Sequence record: SRR31156797_6029
Length of the DNA stretch: 48,575 nt
Direction: 5' to 3' (one strand)
Numbering within the stretch: position 1 is the stretch's first letter; each line of letters starts with the position of its first letter. The translations under genes and the position numbers were made by a program. Shown here in pieces: positions 1 to 10,484 of this stretch. The notes under the pieces were generated by a model. That model was not told the DNA's origin. It saw only the letters and a list, made by a program, of their open reading frames with translations, and ran no database searches.

Positions 1-615
1 CACTTCGCGGGCAAAGCCCATTTCGTGGGTAACCACGACCATGGTCATACCTTCTTTCGCTACGGTTTTCATTACATCCAAAACTTCTCCGACCATTTCC
101 GGGTCAAGAGCGGAAGTGGGTTCATCAAAGAGCAGTACCTTGGGTTCCATGGCTAGTGAACGGGCAATGGCAACGCGCTGCTGCTGTCCGCCGGAAAGCT
201 GGGTGGGGTATACACCGGCCTTGTCATGGATGCCTACTTTCTTGAGCAGTTCCATGGCTACTTCACCGGCTTCCTTTCTTGACCTTTTGCGGACAACAGT
301 CTGAGCGATGGTCAGGTTTTCCAGCACTGTCTTATGTGGAAAAAGGTTGAAGGACTGGAATACCATGCCTACTTCTTCGCGGATTTTGTTAATATTTGTC
401 TTAGGAGAAAGAATATCTACACCGTCAATGAAAATGTGACCGGAATCAGCGTATTCAAGTCTGTTCAGGCAGCGCAGGAAGGTTGATTTACCGGAACCGG
501 AAGGTCCGATTACAACTACAACCTGTCCTTTGTTCACAGTGTGTGAAACATTGGAAAGGGCCTGAACTTCATGAGGAACATAGAACGTTTTGTATATATT
601 TTTTACTTCAATCAT
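1..615 (-). CDS. Polar amino-acid ABC transporter ATP-binding protein (GlnQ-like), truncated by the window edge
   Basis: Manual minus-strand translation from ATG at 615: [11 protein letters not shown]...GPSGSGKST (Walker A)...[13 protein letters not shown]...[13 protein letters not shown]...[13 protein letters not shown]. The start overlaps the permease stop (TAATG). Confidence 0.95.
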   Translation of the reverse strand, partial: MIEVKNIYKTFYVPHEVQALSNVSHTVNKGQVVVVIGPSGSGKSTFLRCLNRLEYADSGHIFIDGVDILSPKTNINKIREEVGMVFQSFNLFPHKTVLENLTIAQTVVRKRSRKEAGEVAMELLKKVGIHDKAGVYPTQLSGGQQQRVAIARSLAMEPKVLLFDEPTSALDPEMVGEVLDVMKTVAKEGMTMVVVTHEMGFAREV

Positions 616-1628
616 TATCTCTGCACCATTTTCTTCTCAAGGTACTGTACAAACATGGAGAAAGCAAAAGTCAGCACTAGGTAGAGCAGCGCACAGAGGA
701 ACCATAGTTCAAAAGGCTGCAGGCTTGTGGAAACCGCTTCTCTTGTACCCTTGGTTAGCTCCCTAATGGCGATAACACCAAGTAGCGATGAGTCTTTGAT
801 CATGCTGATAAACTGTCCTGCCAGCGGGGGGAGGATTCTCCTGAAGGCCTGAGGCAGGATGATATGCTTCATGGCATAGAATTTTGACATGCCAAGCGAG
901 CGGGCTGCTTCCATCTGTCCGCGGTGTACGGACTGGATACCGGCACGCACAATTTCAGCAACATAAGCACCCGCAAAAATGGCCAGTGAGGCGATACCGA
1001 ACCAAAGCGGGGGAATCTGAGATATATCGTATTGGGCGAGCATGTTGTTGATCAAAGTTCCCAGCACGAAGTACCAGATGAACATCTGGACCAGCAAAGG
1101 TGTCCCACGGATAAGCTCAATATAGGTGATCGCGGAAAGCTTTAATGCCGGGTTCTGGGAAATTCGGGCCAATCCGGTGAAAAGTCCGAGCAGGATAGCG
1201 AAGACAATGGCTATGGCACTGACCTTGAGGGTTACAAATAAACCGTCGAGGATTACACCTGGTTTCCATTCTTTTTCGATTCCGATAGTGTCACCGACAA
1301 AAACAGTATCGTCCTCGTATACATTTAATCCTGAAGCGGGAACTTCATACTGTTCGGATTCGTGGTTTTCTCCGGTTACAGTAACGATGGCATTGTCACC
1401 CTGTTCTTTAATAGAAGTAATGCTGCCTTCGATATCTGTATTGATGCTGATTTCGTCCTGATAATAGAAGTAGTTCGGAATACGCTCCCAACGCCAGACA
1501 TAGTCAACCTGTTGTGTTGCCCAGTAAAGTCCGGACATGGTGGCAAACAGGCCGATAAAAAATACCGTCTTCCAGAAAATTTCGTAGTTCCGGCCTTTGC
1601 CGGGAGCTCTCATTGATGTTCCACTCAT
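615..1628 (-). CDS. Amino-acid ABC transporter permease (HisM/GlnP family) with an extra ~65-aa extracytoplasmic insert
   Basis: RGTPLLVQ motif, EAA loop ([10 protein letters not shown]), [16 protein letters not shown]. Confidence 0.93.
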   Translation of the reverse strand: MSGTSMRAPGKGRNYEIFWKTVFFIGLFATMSGLYWATQQVDYVWRWERIPNYFYYQDEISINTDIEGSITSIKEQGDNAIVTVTGENHESEQYEVPASGLNVYEDDTVFVGDTIGIEKEWKPGVILDGLFVTLKVSAIAIVFAILLGLFTGLARISQNPALKLSAITYIELIRGTPLLVQMFIWYFVLGTLINNMLAQYDISQIPPLWFGIASLAIFAGAYVAEIVRAGIQSVHRGQMEAARSLGMSKFYAMKHIILPQAFRRILPPLAGQFISMIKDSSLLGVIAIRELTKGTREAVSTSLQPFELWFLCALLYLVLTFAFSMFVQYLEKKMVQR

Positions 1629-1692
1629 AATATAAGCCGATTTTTAAAATTTATGTTCTTACTAAAAAAGCAAAAATTCAGATTGCCGGGAA

Positions 1693-1764
1693 GGGGTCGA
1701 TGAATATGGCGCTATCGACCCTTTGTCAACAATCTGAATAAAGGGGCGGATGTGCCGCCCCTCT
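1693..1764. other. Two intercistronic stem-loops between the binding-protein and permease genes
   Basis: Inverted repeats GGGTCGAT...ATCGACCC (~1694-1721) and GGGGCGG-atgtg-CCGCCCC (~1743-1761). The position is typical for mRNA-stabilising or attenuating hairpins after SBP genes. Confidence 0.55.
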
Positions 1765-1782
1765 GTAAAATCAGTGATGTTA

Positions 1783-2598
1783 CTACATGTTTTTACGCCA
1801 AGAGGTGCTTTCGAACCACTTGTTGTAAAGTTTGTCGTAACGTCCATCGTTCTTGATCTGGTGCAGGAAATTTCCGAGGAAGTTCAGGAAATCGGGATCA
1901 CCTTTGCGGATACCCCAGCCCAGAGGCTCGTAAGTGAAAGGTTTGTCGAGGAATACGAGTTTACCGTTACCCTGTTCAGCCATGAAGATGGCGTTGAAGG
2001 GCAGATCGTAAATCATTGCGTCAGCTTTGCCGTTGAGAACTTCAAGCGCTGCGTCGGTTTCAAGATCGAAAGACTTGTACTTGGCTTTAGGGATAAAGCG
2101 TTTTGCAGCTTGTTCGCCTGTTGTGCCGAGTTTGGAAACAATGGTGTACTCAGGCTTGTTCAGGTCTTTGTATGACTTGATTTTGCCTTCAAGTTTCTTG
2201 TTCAGCAGAACAGTCTGGCCGACAACCATGAAAGGCTCTGCAAAGTTAATCTGCAGGTTACGTTCCTGGTTGACGGTCATACCGGCGGTGATGATGTCAA
2301 TTTTGTCAGTAAGAAGAGCGGGGATGATGCCGTCGAATTCCATGTTGACCGGAACAAATTTTACACCCATGGCTTTAGCCATTTCACGGGCGAGGTCGAT
2401 TTCAAAACCGACGATGCGGCCTTTTTTGTCAGTCATCTGAAAGGGAATGTAACCGGAAGCGATACCGCAGCGCAGTTCACCTTTTTTCAGTATGGAGTTG
2501 AGGGTTGATTTCTTGGCCAGATCGATGTCGGATGCATTGGCGGTGGCTGCGAAACACAGAGCCAGCACCATGATCAGCATCATGCAAATTCTCTTCAT
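1783..2598 (-). CDS. Amino-acid ABC transporter substrate-binding protein (SBP family 3)
   Basis: Signal peptide MKRICMMLIMVLALCFAATANA, GFEIDLAREMA, FDGIIPALLTDKIDII, KLGTTG. ATG at 2598 follows an AAGGAG RBS. Confidence 0.93.
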   Translation of the reverse strand: MKRICMMLIMVLALCFAATANASDIDLAKKSTLNSILKKGELRCGIASGYIPFQMTDKKGRIVGFEIDLAREMAKAMGVKFVPVNMEFDGIIPALLTDKIDIITAGMTVNQERNLQINFAEPFMVVGQTVLLNKKLEGKIKSYKDLNKPEYTIVSKLGTTGEQAAKRFIPKAKYKSFDLETDAALEVLNGKADAMIYDLPFNAIFMAEQGNGKLVFLDKPFTYEPLGWGIRKGDPDFLNFLGNFLHQIKNDGRYDKLYNKWFESTSWRKNM

Positions 2599-2657
2599 AA
2601 CTTTCTCCTTTAAAGTCCTTGTCTGCATTTAAGTCAAAATACCTGCGGTAAAACCGA

Positions 2658-2825
2658 TCAACCGTATTTGCCTTCAGTAAGTACTTCCTTAACAATCATT
2701 TCGACCTTGCAGACAGGGCAGATCGGCATTGATTCCTTAGGGAAATAGACAATACGGGTTTCCCGGCACTTGGGGCAGATCACCTCTACGGCTTCCTGCC
2801 TTTCTTCTTTGACCTTGTTTTTCAT
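2658..2825 (-). CDS. Small (55 aa) zinc-ribbon-like protein with two CxxC motifs
   Basis: MKNKVKEERQEAVEVICPKCRETRIVYFPKESMPICPVCKVEMIVKEVLTEGKYG, with AAGGGG upstream of ATG 2825. Confidence 0.75.
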   Translation of the reverse strand: MKNKVKEERQEAVEVICPKCRETRIVYFPKESMPICPVCKVEMIVKEVLTEGKYG

Positions 2826-2947
2826 GAGTAATGCCCCTTTGAAAAAAGAATCTGGAAAATTAACTTTTTTTTGAATAAAGTTCAAGAAAACATTTTTTTA
2901 CATGCTTTATAATTCAAAGAAAACAATATTGTCCATGGAAACCGTTA

Positions 2948-2975
2948 TTGACACGGTTACTTTTTTGTATAATTT
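2948..2975 (+). promoter_or_regulatory. Candidate sigma70 promoter for the plus-strand ABC operon
   Basis: TTGACA at 2948-2953 and TATAAT at 2968-2973 have only a 14-nt spacer. The alternative -10 TAATTT at 2970-2975 gives 16 nt. Confidence 0.4.
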
Positions 2976-3022
2976 TCATGTTTGTTATTTAGAGGGTATT
3001 TTAACTTATTGGAGGAATATTT

Positions 3023-3766
3023 ATGAAGAGGATTATAGTTGCTCTGTTGTTGACTATTCTTGCTGTAACACCTGCTCTTGCCGGAAAAAAGGTGATTAAC
3101 ATTGCATCTGACTGCACATGGCCCCCCATGGAGTTCGTCAATAAAGATAAACAGATTGTTGGTTTTTCCGTTGATCTTATGAAAGCTTGTGCTGTTGCAG
3201 CTGGCTATGATGTAAAGATCAAAAACGTTGCTTGGGATGGTATTTTTGCTGGTCTTGCCGCTGGAAAATACGATGCTATCTGCTCTTCTGTTACAATTAA
3301 CGAAAAGCGCAAAAAGGTAATGGATTTCTCCGCTCCTTACTTTGAGGTTCAGCAGTCCGTTGTTACCGCAAAGGATTCCACTGCTAAATCTCTTTCAGAT
3401 TTCAAAGGCAAAAACCTCGGTGCCCAGATTGGAACCACCGGTTATTTTGCAATCAAAGCTGTGGATGGTGTAACCCCCAAATCTTATGATGAGATCGGTC
3501 TCGCTATGGAAGATCTGTACAACGGTCGTCTCGCAGCAGTTGTTTGTGATGATCCCATTGCAGCTGATTTTGCTCTTCAGCAGGAAGATTACTCCAAGAG
3601 GCTTAAGATTGCCTTTGTTGTAAAAAGCGATAAAGCTGAATACCTTGGTGTTGCTGTTAAGAAAGGCAACTCTGACGTTCTGGATCTGATCAATAAAGGT
3701 CTCGCAGCTGTAAGAGCAGACGGCACTTACGATAAAATCAAAGCTAAGTGGTTCGGCAGCAACTAA
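3023..3766 (+). CDS. Basic amino-acid ABC transporter substrate-binding protein
   Basis: Signal peptide, ASDCTWPPMEF, WDGIFAGLAAGKYDAI, QIGTTG, GGAGG RBS. Confidence 0.93.
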   Translation: MKRIIVALLLTILAVTPALAGKKVINIASDCTWPPMEFVNKDKQIVGFSVDLMKACAVAAGYDVKIKNVAWDGIFAGLAAGKYDAICSSVTINEKRKKVMDFSAPYFEVQQSVVTAKDSTAKSLSDFKGKNLGAQIGTTGYFAIKAVDGVTPKSYDEIGLAMEDLYNGRLAAVVCDDPIAADFALQQEDYSKRLKIAFVVKSDKAEYLGVAVKKGNSDVLDLINKGLAAVRADGTYDKIKAKWFGSN

Positions 3767-3802
3767 TTGCGCAGACCCGTAGGCTTGAGTTTAAAACAAA
3801 TG

Positions 3803-3840
3803 GCCGGGATCGGACGTTAACAGGCCGGTCCCGGCATTTT
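3803..3840 (+). terminator. Stem-loop after the SBP gene (partial terminator or stabiliser)
   Basis: GCCGGGATCGG...CCGGTCCCGGC followed by ATTTT. Confidence 0.5.
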
Positions 3841-3860
3841 CATGCAGCCCGGATATATAT

Positions 3861-4643
3861 ATGAAAGAAAAACAAGTTAAGATTGAGGTTACGGACGGGG
3901 CCAGCATTCCAGATAGCAGTGATAGAGGGCTGCTGAATGCATGGTGGGTTTCCTTTATCGGTGCAGTTGGGATCATTGCTTATTTGATCATTACCAAGCC
4001 TGACCCTTACAGGGATATCCTGCTATTTATTCCTGATGGGATTGTTGTGACCTTTGAGGTTACCATCTGTTCTATTTTCGGGGCGCTGATCATCGGCCTT
4101 TTCACCGGGCTGGGACGAATTTCAAGTAATAAAGTTATTAACCTTGTAGCTTCAACATATGTAGAAATTGTCAGGGGAATTCCGCTGCTCGTTCAGCTTT
4201 TCTACATTTATTATGCAATGGGCCGGGTGCTTCAGGTTCCGGACATGCTCTCGGCTATCATCGCTATGAGTGTTTGTTACGGGGCGTACATGGGTGAAGT
4301 TTTCCGCGCCGGAATTGAATCCATTGATGACGGACAGACTGAAGCTGCAAGGTCTCTCGGGTTTAATAAAAAAGAAACAATGTTTCTGGTTGTCCTGCCG
4401 CAGGCATGGCGGACCATCCTGCCCCCGGTTGGTAACGAATTTATTGCTCTTTTGAAGGATTCTTCTCTTGTTTCTATTCTGGCCGTTGCCGATATTCTCC
4501 GGCGCGGACGTGAATTTGCTGCTGAGAGTTTTCAGTATTTTGAAACCTATACAATGATCGCACTTGTTTATCTGTTGATTACTCTGATTCTTTCAAGAGC
4601 GGTGAGCCACATGGAAGAGAGGTTGAACCATTATGACCGCTAA
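3861..4643 (+). CDS. Amino-acid ABC transporter permease
   Basis: [25 protein letters not shown]. Confidence 0.95.
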   Translation: MKEKQVKIEVTDGASIPDSSDRGLLNAWWVSFIGAVGIIAYLIITKPDPYRDILLFIPDGIVVTFEVTICSIFGALIIGLFTGLGRISSNKVINLVASTYVEIVRGIPLLVQLFYIYYAMGRVLQVPDMLSAIIAMSVCYGAYMGEVFRAGIESIDDGQTEAARSLGFNKKETMFLVVLPQAWRTILPPVGNEFIALLKDSSLVSILAVADILRRGREFAAESFQYFETYTMIALVYLLITLILSRAVSHMEERLNHYDR

Positions 4644-5370
4644 TCCCATTATTGAAATCAAGAATGTATACAAATTCTTCGGCGATCTGGCTGCCCTCAG
4701 TGATGTTTCACTTGATATTAAGCAGGGCGAGAAGGTTGTTATTATCGGGCCTTCCGGGTCAGGTAAAAGTACCTTGCTGCGTTCCATTAACCGCCTTGAA
4801 GAAATAAACAAAGGTTCTATTTTCGTTGACGGGCTTGATGTGCATGACAAGGAAAATGACATCAATACCATTCGTCAGGAACTGGGTATGGTGTTTCAGT
4901 CGTTTAACCTTTTTCCGCACAAGACCGTACTGGAAAACCTGACCATGGCTCCGATCCGCCTCAAGGATATGGAGAAGGAAGAAGCAAGAGCCATTGCTGT
5001 AGATCTTCTCAAGAAAGTTGGTATTCGCGAAAAAGCTAATGTCTATCCTTCAAAGCTTTCCGGCGGGCAGCAGCAGCGTGTGGCAATTGCCCGCGCCTTG
5101 GCCATGAATCCTAAGATTATGCTTTTTGATGAACCGACTTCTGCGCTGGACCCGGAAATGATCGGGGAAGTTCTTGATGTAATGAAAAATCTGGCACGTG
5201 AAGGCATGACCATGGTTGTAGTAACCCATGAGATGGGCTTTGCCCGTGAAGTTGCGGACAGGATTGTTTTTATGGAAGATGGTAGAATTATTGCTTGCGC
5301 TCCCCCGGAGGAGTTTTTTAGCAGTGCCGATCATCCGCGTTTGAAGCAGTTCTTAGATCAGATTTTATAA
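4633..5370 (+). CDS. Amino-acid ABC transporter ATP-binding protein
   Basis: [36 protein letters not shown]. Confidence 0.96.
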   Translation: MTANPIIEIKNVYKFFGDLAALSDVSLDIKQGEKVVIIGPSGSGKSTLLRSINRLEEINKGSIFVDGLDVHDKENDINTIRQELGMVFQSFNLFPHKTVLENLTMAPIRLKDMEKEEARAIAVDLLKKVGIREKANVYPSKLSGGQQQRVAIARALAMNPKIMLFDEPTSALDPEMIGEVLDVMKNLAREGMTMVVVTHEMGFAREVADRIVFMEDGRIIACAPPEEFFSSADHPRLKQFLDQIL

Positions 5371-5396
5371 AATTAAAGTTTGTTTCACATGTTATT

Positions 5397-5430
5397 AAAC
5401 CGACCCTGATATTTTCAGGGTCGGTTTTTT
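5397..5430 (+). terminator. Rho-independent terminator
   Basis: AAACCGACCCTGA-tattt-TCAGGGTCGGTTT followed by T residues. Confidence 0.85.
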
Positions 5431-5527
5431 AGTATTTAAATAAACAGAATGTGTTTTCAATTCAGTGAATATTTATTATACCGTGAATGATGCTTATTTC
5501 TAAATAAATGTTAATGGGGTAGACCTG

Positions 5528-7483
5528 ATGGCTGGTAAGCGGATTCTGGTTGTTGACGATGAAAAGATAGTCAATCTCGATATTCAGGCGACATTAAAGC
5601 GCTTAGGATACATTATAGCCGGTGATGCCGGAGCTGGGGATGAGGCCATTGACAAGGTTGGTGCGACCCGTCCTGATCTGGTTCTGATGGATATTAAGCT
5701 TCAGGGTGAAATGGATGGTATTGAAGCTGCTAATATTATTATCAAAACGTATGATATCCCCGTTGTCTTTCTAACCGCCTTTTCTGATGAAAAGACCCTT
5801 AACAGGGCTAAGTTGTCAGGTCCGTTCGGCTATTTGCTGAAACCTTTTGAAGAACGTGAGTTGCGTTCGTCCATTGAAATTGCCCTATATAAACATGGTA
5901 TGGAGCAGGAATATCGGCAGGCCGTAGCTGATGCCGAAGCTGCAAACGAAGCCAAGAGTTCTTTTTTAGCAACCATCAGTCATGAATTACGCACTCCCAT
6001 GAATGGAATTCTGGGATTAAGCGAAATCCTGCTGGGCAGCGGCCTTGCCAGTGAGCAGCAGGAGTACGTTGAATTGATTAAAGGGTCCGCTTCTTCCTTA
6101 CTGCGAGTGCTTAATGATATGCTCGACTATTCTAAGATTGAGCGGCGCATACTTGAATTGCGGGAAGGAATTTTTGATGTTCGCCAGATATTATCGCTGG
6201 TTATGAATTCTCATAGTCCGAATGCATTGAATAAAGGATTGAGCATCGAGTGTTTTCTTCATCCGGAAGTTTCCGGTGAATTGCAGGGTGATTCAGGTAG
6301 ATTGACCCAGATTTTAAATAATATTGTCAGCAATGCGATAAAATATACTGATAAAGGCGGGATCACGATTGAGGTTATGCCGGATGATTGTGAGCATGAT
6401 CCATATCCTGCCGGTTGCATCCGGTTGCTTTTTGTTGTTTCTGATACCGGGGTAGGTATTTCCCGAAGCAAGGCTGATACGATTTTCGAAAGTTTTACCC
6501 AGCTTGAAGATTACATGACCCGTAAACATGGTGGGATCGGTCTTGGACTTGCGATTACTCACAATCTTGTCAATATGTTGCAAGGTGCCATATGGGTAGA
6601 GACTAAGCCTGCGCAGGGAAGTAGTTTCTTTTTTACCGCTGTGTTCAAGCCTGTGGCGGATAAGCTGAAGGGCACGTATCACGAATCTGTTTATGAATGT
6701 ATGGATTTCAGCAGATTTAAGTGGGTTTTATTAGCTGATGACAATATTATCACCCGGAGGGTTGTTTCTGCTTTTCTTGAAGATGCCAACTGTGAATTGG
6801 AGATGGTTGAGAATGGTCAGGAAGCAATCAGTCTTTTGGCGACTAAGCCTTTTGATCTGGTAATTATGGATATTCAGATGCCGGTTATGGATGGTCTGGA
6901 AGCTACCCGACTGATCCGCACTGGCTACATAGATAATGTTGAACCGCAAGTTCCTGTTCTTGCGCTCACAGCTCATGCCATGAAAGGGGATCGGGAACGA
7001 TGTCTTGAAGTGGGGATGAATGGTTATCTGTCCAAACCTTTTAATTCCAGTGAGTTGATGCAGGCAATGCTTTTAGTTGTGAAGGGGGAGGGGAGTGCCG
7101 ATCCGGTCCGGATTGAACAGGATACTGATTTCGAGAAAACTATCAATCTTGATTTAAAGGGGACGATCAGAAGGCTTGATGGTAATGATCAGCTTGTACG
7201 GGAAATTTACCGTCATTTCTTGAAACTTGTTCCAGATCATCTTGTTAAGGTGGATCAGGCCATTGCGAGTTCTGATCTGGAAGTTTTGAAGTCTGAGGTG
7301 ATCTTTCTGCGCGGTTTGTCACTCGATGTTGGAGCTCATAAGCTTTCCTCTTTAGCCAGTGAGATCGAAAAGTATCTCCAGAATGGAAGCATGGCGACTG
7401 TGGAAGGATTGGTTTCCCGGATGAAGAAGGAGGCAGACAATACTTTTGAGGTGATGTCTGATTATATTTTCAAATCTACCTGA
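5528..7483 (+). CDS. Cytoplasmic hybrid histidine kinase (REC-HisKA-HATPase-REC-degenerate HPt)
   Basis: N-terminal REC (VVDDE...LMDI...KPF), H-box FLATISHELRTPMNGI, N-box NIVSNAIKYT, DTGVGI, GIGLGL, second REC (LADDN...IMDIQMP...SKPF). No transmembrane segment is evident. Confidence 0.93.
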   Translation: MAGKRILVVDDEKIVNLDIQATLKRLGYIIAGDAGAGDEAIDKVGATRPDLVLMDIKLQGEMDGIEAANIIIKTYDIPVVFLTAFSDEKTLNRAKLSGPFGYLLKPFEERELRSSIEIALYKHGMEQEYRQAVADAEAANEAKSSFLATISHELRTPMNGILGLSEILLGSGLASEQQEYVELIKGSASSLLRVLNDMLDYSKIERRILELREGIFDVRQILSLVMNSHSPNALNKGLSIECFLHPEVSGELQGDSGRLTQILNNIVSNAIKYTDKGGITIEVMPDDCEHDPYPAGCIRLLFVVSDTGVGISRSKADTIFESFTQLEDYMTRKHGGIGLGLAITHNLVNMLQGAIWVETKPAQGSSFFFTAVFKPVADKLKGTYHESVYECMDFSRFKWVLLADDNIITRRVVSAFLEDANCELEMVENGQEAISLLATKPFDLVIMDIQMPVMDGLEATRLIRTGYIDNVEPQVPVLALTAHAMKGDRERCLEVGMNGYLSKPFNSSELMQAMLLVVKGEGSADPVRIEQDTDFEKTINLDLKGTIRRLDGNDQLVREIYRHFLKLVPDHLVKVDQAIASSDLEVLKSEVIFLRGLSLDVGAHKLSSLASEIEKYLQNGSMATVEGLVSRMKKEADNTFEVMSDYIFKST

Positions 7484-7560
7484 TTTTAATTGTGCTTGTT
7501 TTTTTTATCTGGAAGTATGGGCATCCCTTAGCATAATTAATCAGATTCAAGGACTTGTTC

Positions 7561-8655
7561 ATGACTCCTCCTGACGGTAAAATAATCAAATCTCCGGCAA
7601 TCTATACTTTTTTTCTTATTCTATTGCTTATCTCCGCTATTGCGCTGGGGTATTCTGTTATCAAGCCTTTCATCAATACGATTATTATTTCAGTTGTTTT
7701 GAGTGGTATTTTTTACCCCTTAAGCAAGAAAATATGTCGTCGGCTTGGTGGCAGGCCTGCTCTCGGGGCGTTCTTGACCGTTTGTATTATCATTTTCGCC
7801 ATCATTATCCCGGCAGTTGTGTTCTTTTTTGGTCTTATCGGCCAGGGTGTTGATTCAGTTACAGCTATTAACGAATGGCTGCGTACAACCGATTTTTCAA
7901 CTCTTTTTGATTCGCAGCATTACAGTACATATCTGCAGTGGGTTGAGCAGAAATTCCCGTTCTTTGAGATTAGCTCCAGCGATATTCAGGCCAGAATTCT
8001 TGAGATTTCGAGAAGTTTTGGGCAGGCAATGCTAACTTCCGGAACGTGGCTTGCTGCCAACATGGCAAGTCTTGTCGCTCATTTTTTGATCATGAACTTT
8101 CTTGTTTTTTCCTTTTTAAAGGACGGAGACAGGTTTATTGAACGGGTACGATATCTTTCTCCCTTAAGGTCTGAGCAGGAAGATTTTATCATTGAAAGTC
8201 TCAGAAAGGTCTCGAAATCTGTTCTTTTCGGGAGCCTTTTTATTGCTTTTCTCCAAGGTATTGTCGGTGGAATAGGGCTGGCAATAGCTGGTATTCCGGC
8301 GCTATTTTGGGGTGCAATGATGAGTTTTGCTTCCCTTATTCCTGTTTTGGGGACCGGTTTGATCTGGGTTCCGGCTACTATTTATTTGTTGATTGTGGGT
8401 AAAATGAAGGTTGCTATTTTTCTGCTGCTCTGGTGCGGAGTGTTGGTAACCGGTATTGATACGGTGCTCCGGCCCATGATTGTCCGTGAAGCTTCACGGG
8501 TTTCCACTATTTATGTTTTTCTTGCCATTCTTGGCGGTATTAACGCTTTTGGTCCATTGGGAATTTTGTATGGTCCGCTGATTTTGTCTTTCTTGATGGT
8601 TATGCTCCATATTTATGGGGTGGAATATCAAGACGTTTTGAATCACAAGAAATAA
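7561..8655 (+). CDS. AI-2E family transporter (PerM/YdiK-like)
   Basis: Polytopic hydrophobic protein with SLIPVLGTGLIWVP, IDTVLRP, GGINAFGPLGILYGP. Confidence 0.9.
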   Translation: MTPPDGKIIKSPAIYTFFLILLLISAIALGYSVIKPFINTIIISVVLSGIFYPLSKKICRRLGGRPALGAFLTVCIIIFAIIIPAVVFFFGLIGQGVDSVTAINEWLRTTDFSTLFDSQHYSTYLQWVEQKFPFFEISSSDIQARILEISRSFGQAMLTSGTWLAANMASLVAHFLIMNFLVFSFLKDGDRFIERVRYLSPLRSEQEDFIIESLRKVSKSVLFGSLFIAFLQGIVGGIGLAIAGIPALFWGAMMSFASLIPVLGTGLIWVPATIYLLIVGKMKVAIFLLLWCGVLVTGIDTVLRPMIVREASRVSTIYVFLAILGGINAFGPLGILYGPLILSFLMVMLHIYGVEYQDVLNHKK

Positions 8656-8716
8656 ATATTTCTTTGAGCGGAAATTATTTAGGGATTTAGCCCTGTTTGG
8701 TGGCAGGGAGTGAAAA

Positions 8717-10342
8717 CTAATTTTTATAAACTGATCCGTCCGGAGTATAAATTACCGGAGGGAAGTCTGTTTTCAATGTTTTCATTTTCAGCATGCCTGA
8801 CTTAATCACTTCGTTGACTTTCACAAATGTTGCGACTTTTTTGGGCACGTCTTTAAGCATGATGTAGCCGTCGCCGCCTCTTGCAAGGTAGGAGTTGGTG
8901 GCTATGGAATATTTGCGAGTTTCATTCAGGGACTTGTAGTTTCCTGACTTATCTATAATTTTAATGTTAGAAACTCGGGAACCGGCGGTTTTTATCTTAT
9001 CGGGCTTGCCCTTGCTGTTAATTTCCAGCCCCTGAGGCTGTCCGTTAAGGTCAAGAGTGAATTTAAGACCTGAAATTTGAAGGAATGCCCCTGAAGATGC
9101 AGGTAGCTTGTGAACTGAACGTTCGAGGATTTGTTTCAGGGTTTTTCCTGAAATTTTAAGAACAGTCATTTTGTTTCCGAAAGGAAACATGGTGTTGATC
9201 TCCTGATCTGTTATCGGGCCTGCCGGTATGATTTTGTTTCCCCTGAATCCGCCACCGTTCTGGAATGCTATGTCAGTATTGAATTTTTCACGCATGATGG
9301 AACTCACCAGTTTTCCGGCAATTGTTTCGCCTGTACGTATGGAAGCTGCACGTGTGTCAAGCGCAACCGGGGAAATGGCGACAGGAATACTTGTGGTGTC
9401 TTTTACCTTTGATGAGAGGAATGCTTTTATCCGGGTATCTTCCTGAGTGTTGTCTGTTACCGGGATAATTGTCCATTCGTGTTTATGGATGGATTTGGCA
9501 TCCATGTTGATCTTCAAAACGCCGACATAGCGCCCCTGACTTCCGCACTGAACCATTAAGCCGGGAGTAGCAGCATCACGCGCGATGATTTCTTGTCCGG
9601 GAAAGATATCTTTATAGCTTTGCCCTCCGCAGATCACGTCTATTTCAGGCACTTCCTGCAGGATGTTTTTTTGGGCTTCAAGAGGAAGGTGGCTCAACAG
9701 GACAATCAGATCTGCCTTTTGGTTTTGTTTCAAGTCCTGTGCTGTTTCCCGGGCGGAATTGATGTAGTCGGCAGGGATTGAAATCGCCGAACCGGGGTTG
9801 GATATGAGTTTGAGTTCGGGCAGAATCATTCCCATGAATCCGACTTTAATGAAATTCCGCTCAAGTGTAGCTGTGCTGGTGATGTAGTTACGTAGGGGAT
9901 TGCCTTTGGCTATTTTGAGATTACTGCATACGGTTGGGAATTTTTTGGCTTTTAGGCAATTGACCAGAAATTTTGTCCCTCTGTTGAATTCATGGTTACC
10001 AAGGGTGGAAATGTCGAACCCCATCTTATTCATGGCTTCAAAAACAGTCTTGCCTTTTTCGTTAGTCAGTGATTCTCCCATAAGGTCGTCGCCGGTTGCC
10101 ACGGTTATTGTGGCTCCGGGATATTGAGCTCTATATGATTCAAATACTGACTGAATTCTTGCAAATCCTCCGAAAGTACGTACCATGCCGGTACTATGTT
10201 GCTCATTCTTTTCTTCTGCTGGAAGCAATTGCCCGTTGAGGCCGGAGGTTGTAAGGATCACCAAGTCCCAGCGGTCGGCTAAACCGGGAGAAGAGGTCAT
10301 CAAAATGGCAATGATAGCTGCTAGGATAGGAAAGAAACGCAT
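8717..10342 (-). CDS. Exported 5'-nucleotidase/UshA-family protein (metallophosphoesterase plus C-terminal domain) with a degenerate metal site
   Basis: Signal peptide, TGDD, LGNHEF, LSH, NGGGFRG, MFPFGN, GAFLQISG, YLARGGDGY. Confidence 0.85.
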   Translation of the reverse strand: MRFFPILAAIIAILMTSSPGLADRWDLVILTTSGLNGQLLPAEEKNEQHSTGMVRTFGGFARIQSVFESYRAQYPGATITVATGDDLMGESLTNEKGKTVFEAMNKMGFDISTLGNHEFNRGTKFLVNCLKAKKFPTVCSNLKIAKGNPLRNYITSTATLERNFIKVGFMGMILPELKLISNPGSAISIPADYINSARETAQDLKQNQKADLIVLLSHLPLEAQKNILQEVPEIDVICGGQSYKDIFPGQEIIARDAATPGLMVQCGSQGRYVGVLKINMDAKSIHKHEWTIIPVTDNTQEDTRIKAFLSSKVKDTTSIPVAISPVALDTRAASIRTGETIAGKLVSSIMREKFNTDIAFQNGGGFRGNKIIPAGPITDQEINTMFPFGNKMTVLKISGKTLKQILERSVHKLPASSGAFLQISGLKFTLDLNGQPQGLEINSKGKPDKIKTAGSRVSNIKIIDKSGNYKSLNETRKYSIATNSYLARGGDGYIMLKDVPKKVATFVKVNEVIKSGMLKMKTLKTDFPPVIYTPDGSVYKN

Positions 10343-10484
10343 ATTTGTTCCTTTGGCAGTGGCATTTATTTTAGGTTTTGAGTAATAGCATCTATTAAAT
10401 GTATACTTCTGGTTATGTAAGCCAATCTCATTTTTTTTTCCAGTCTAATCGTTAATAATATATCATCAAATAAGGTGGGCTTAG

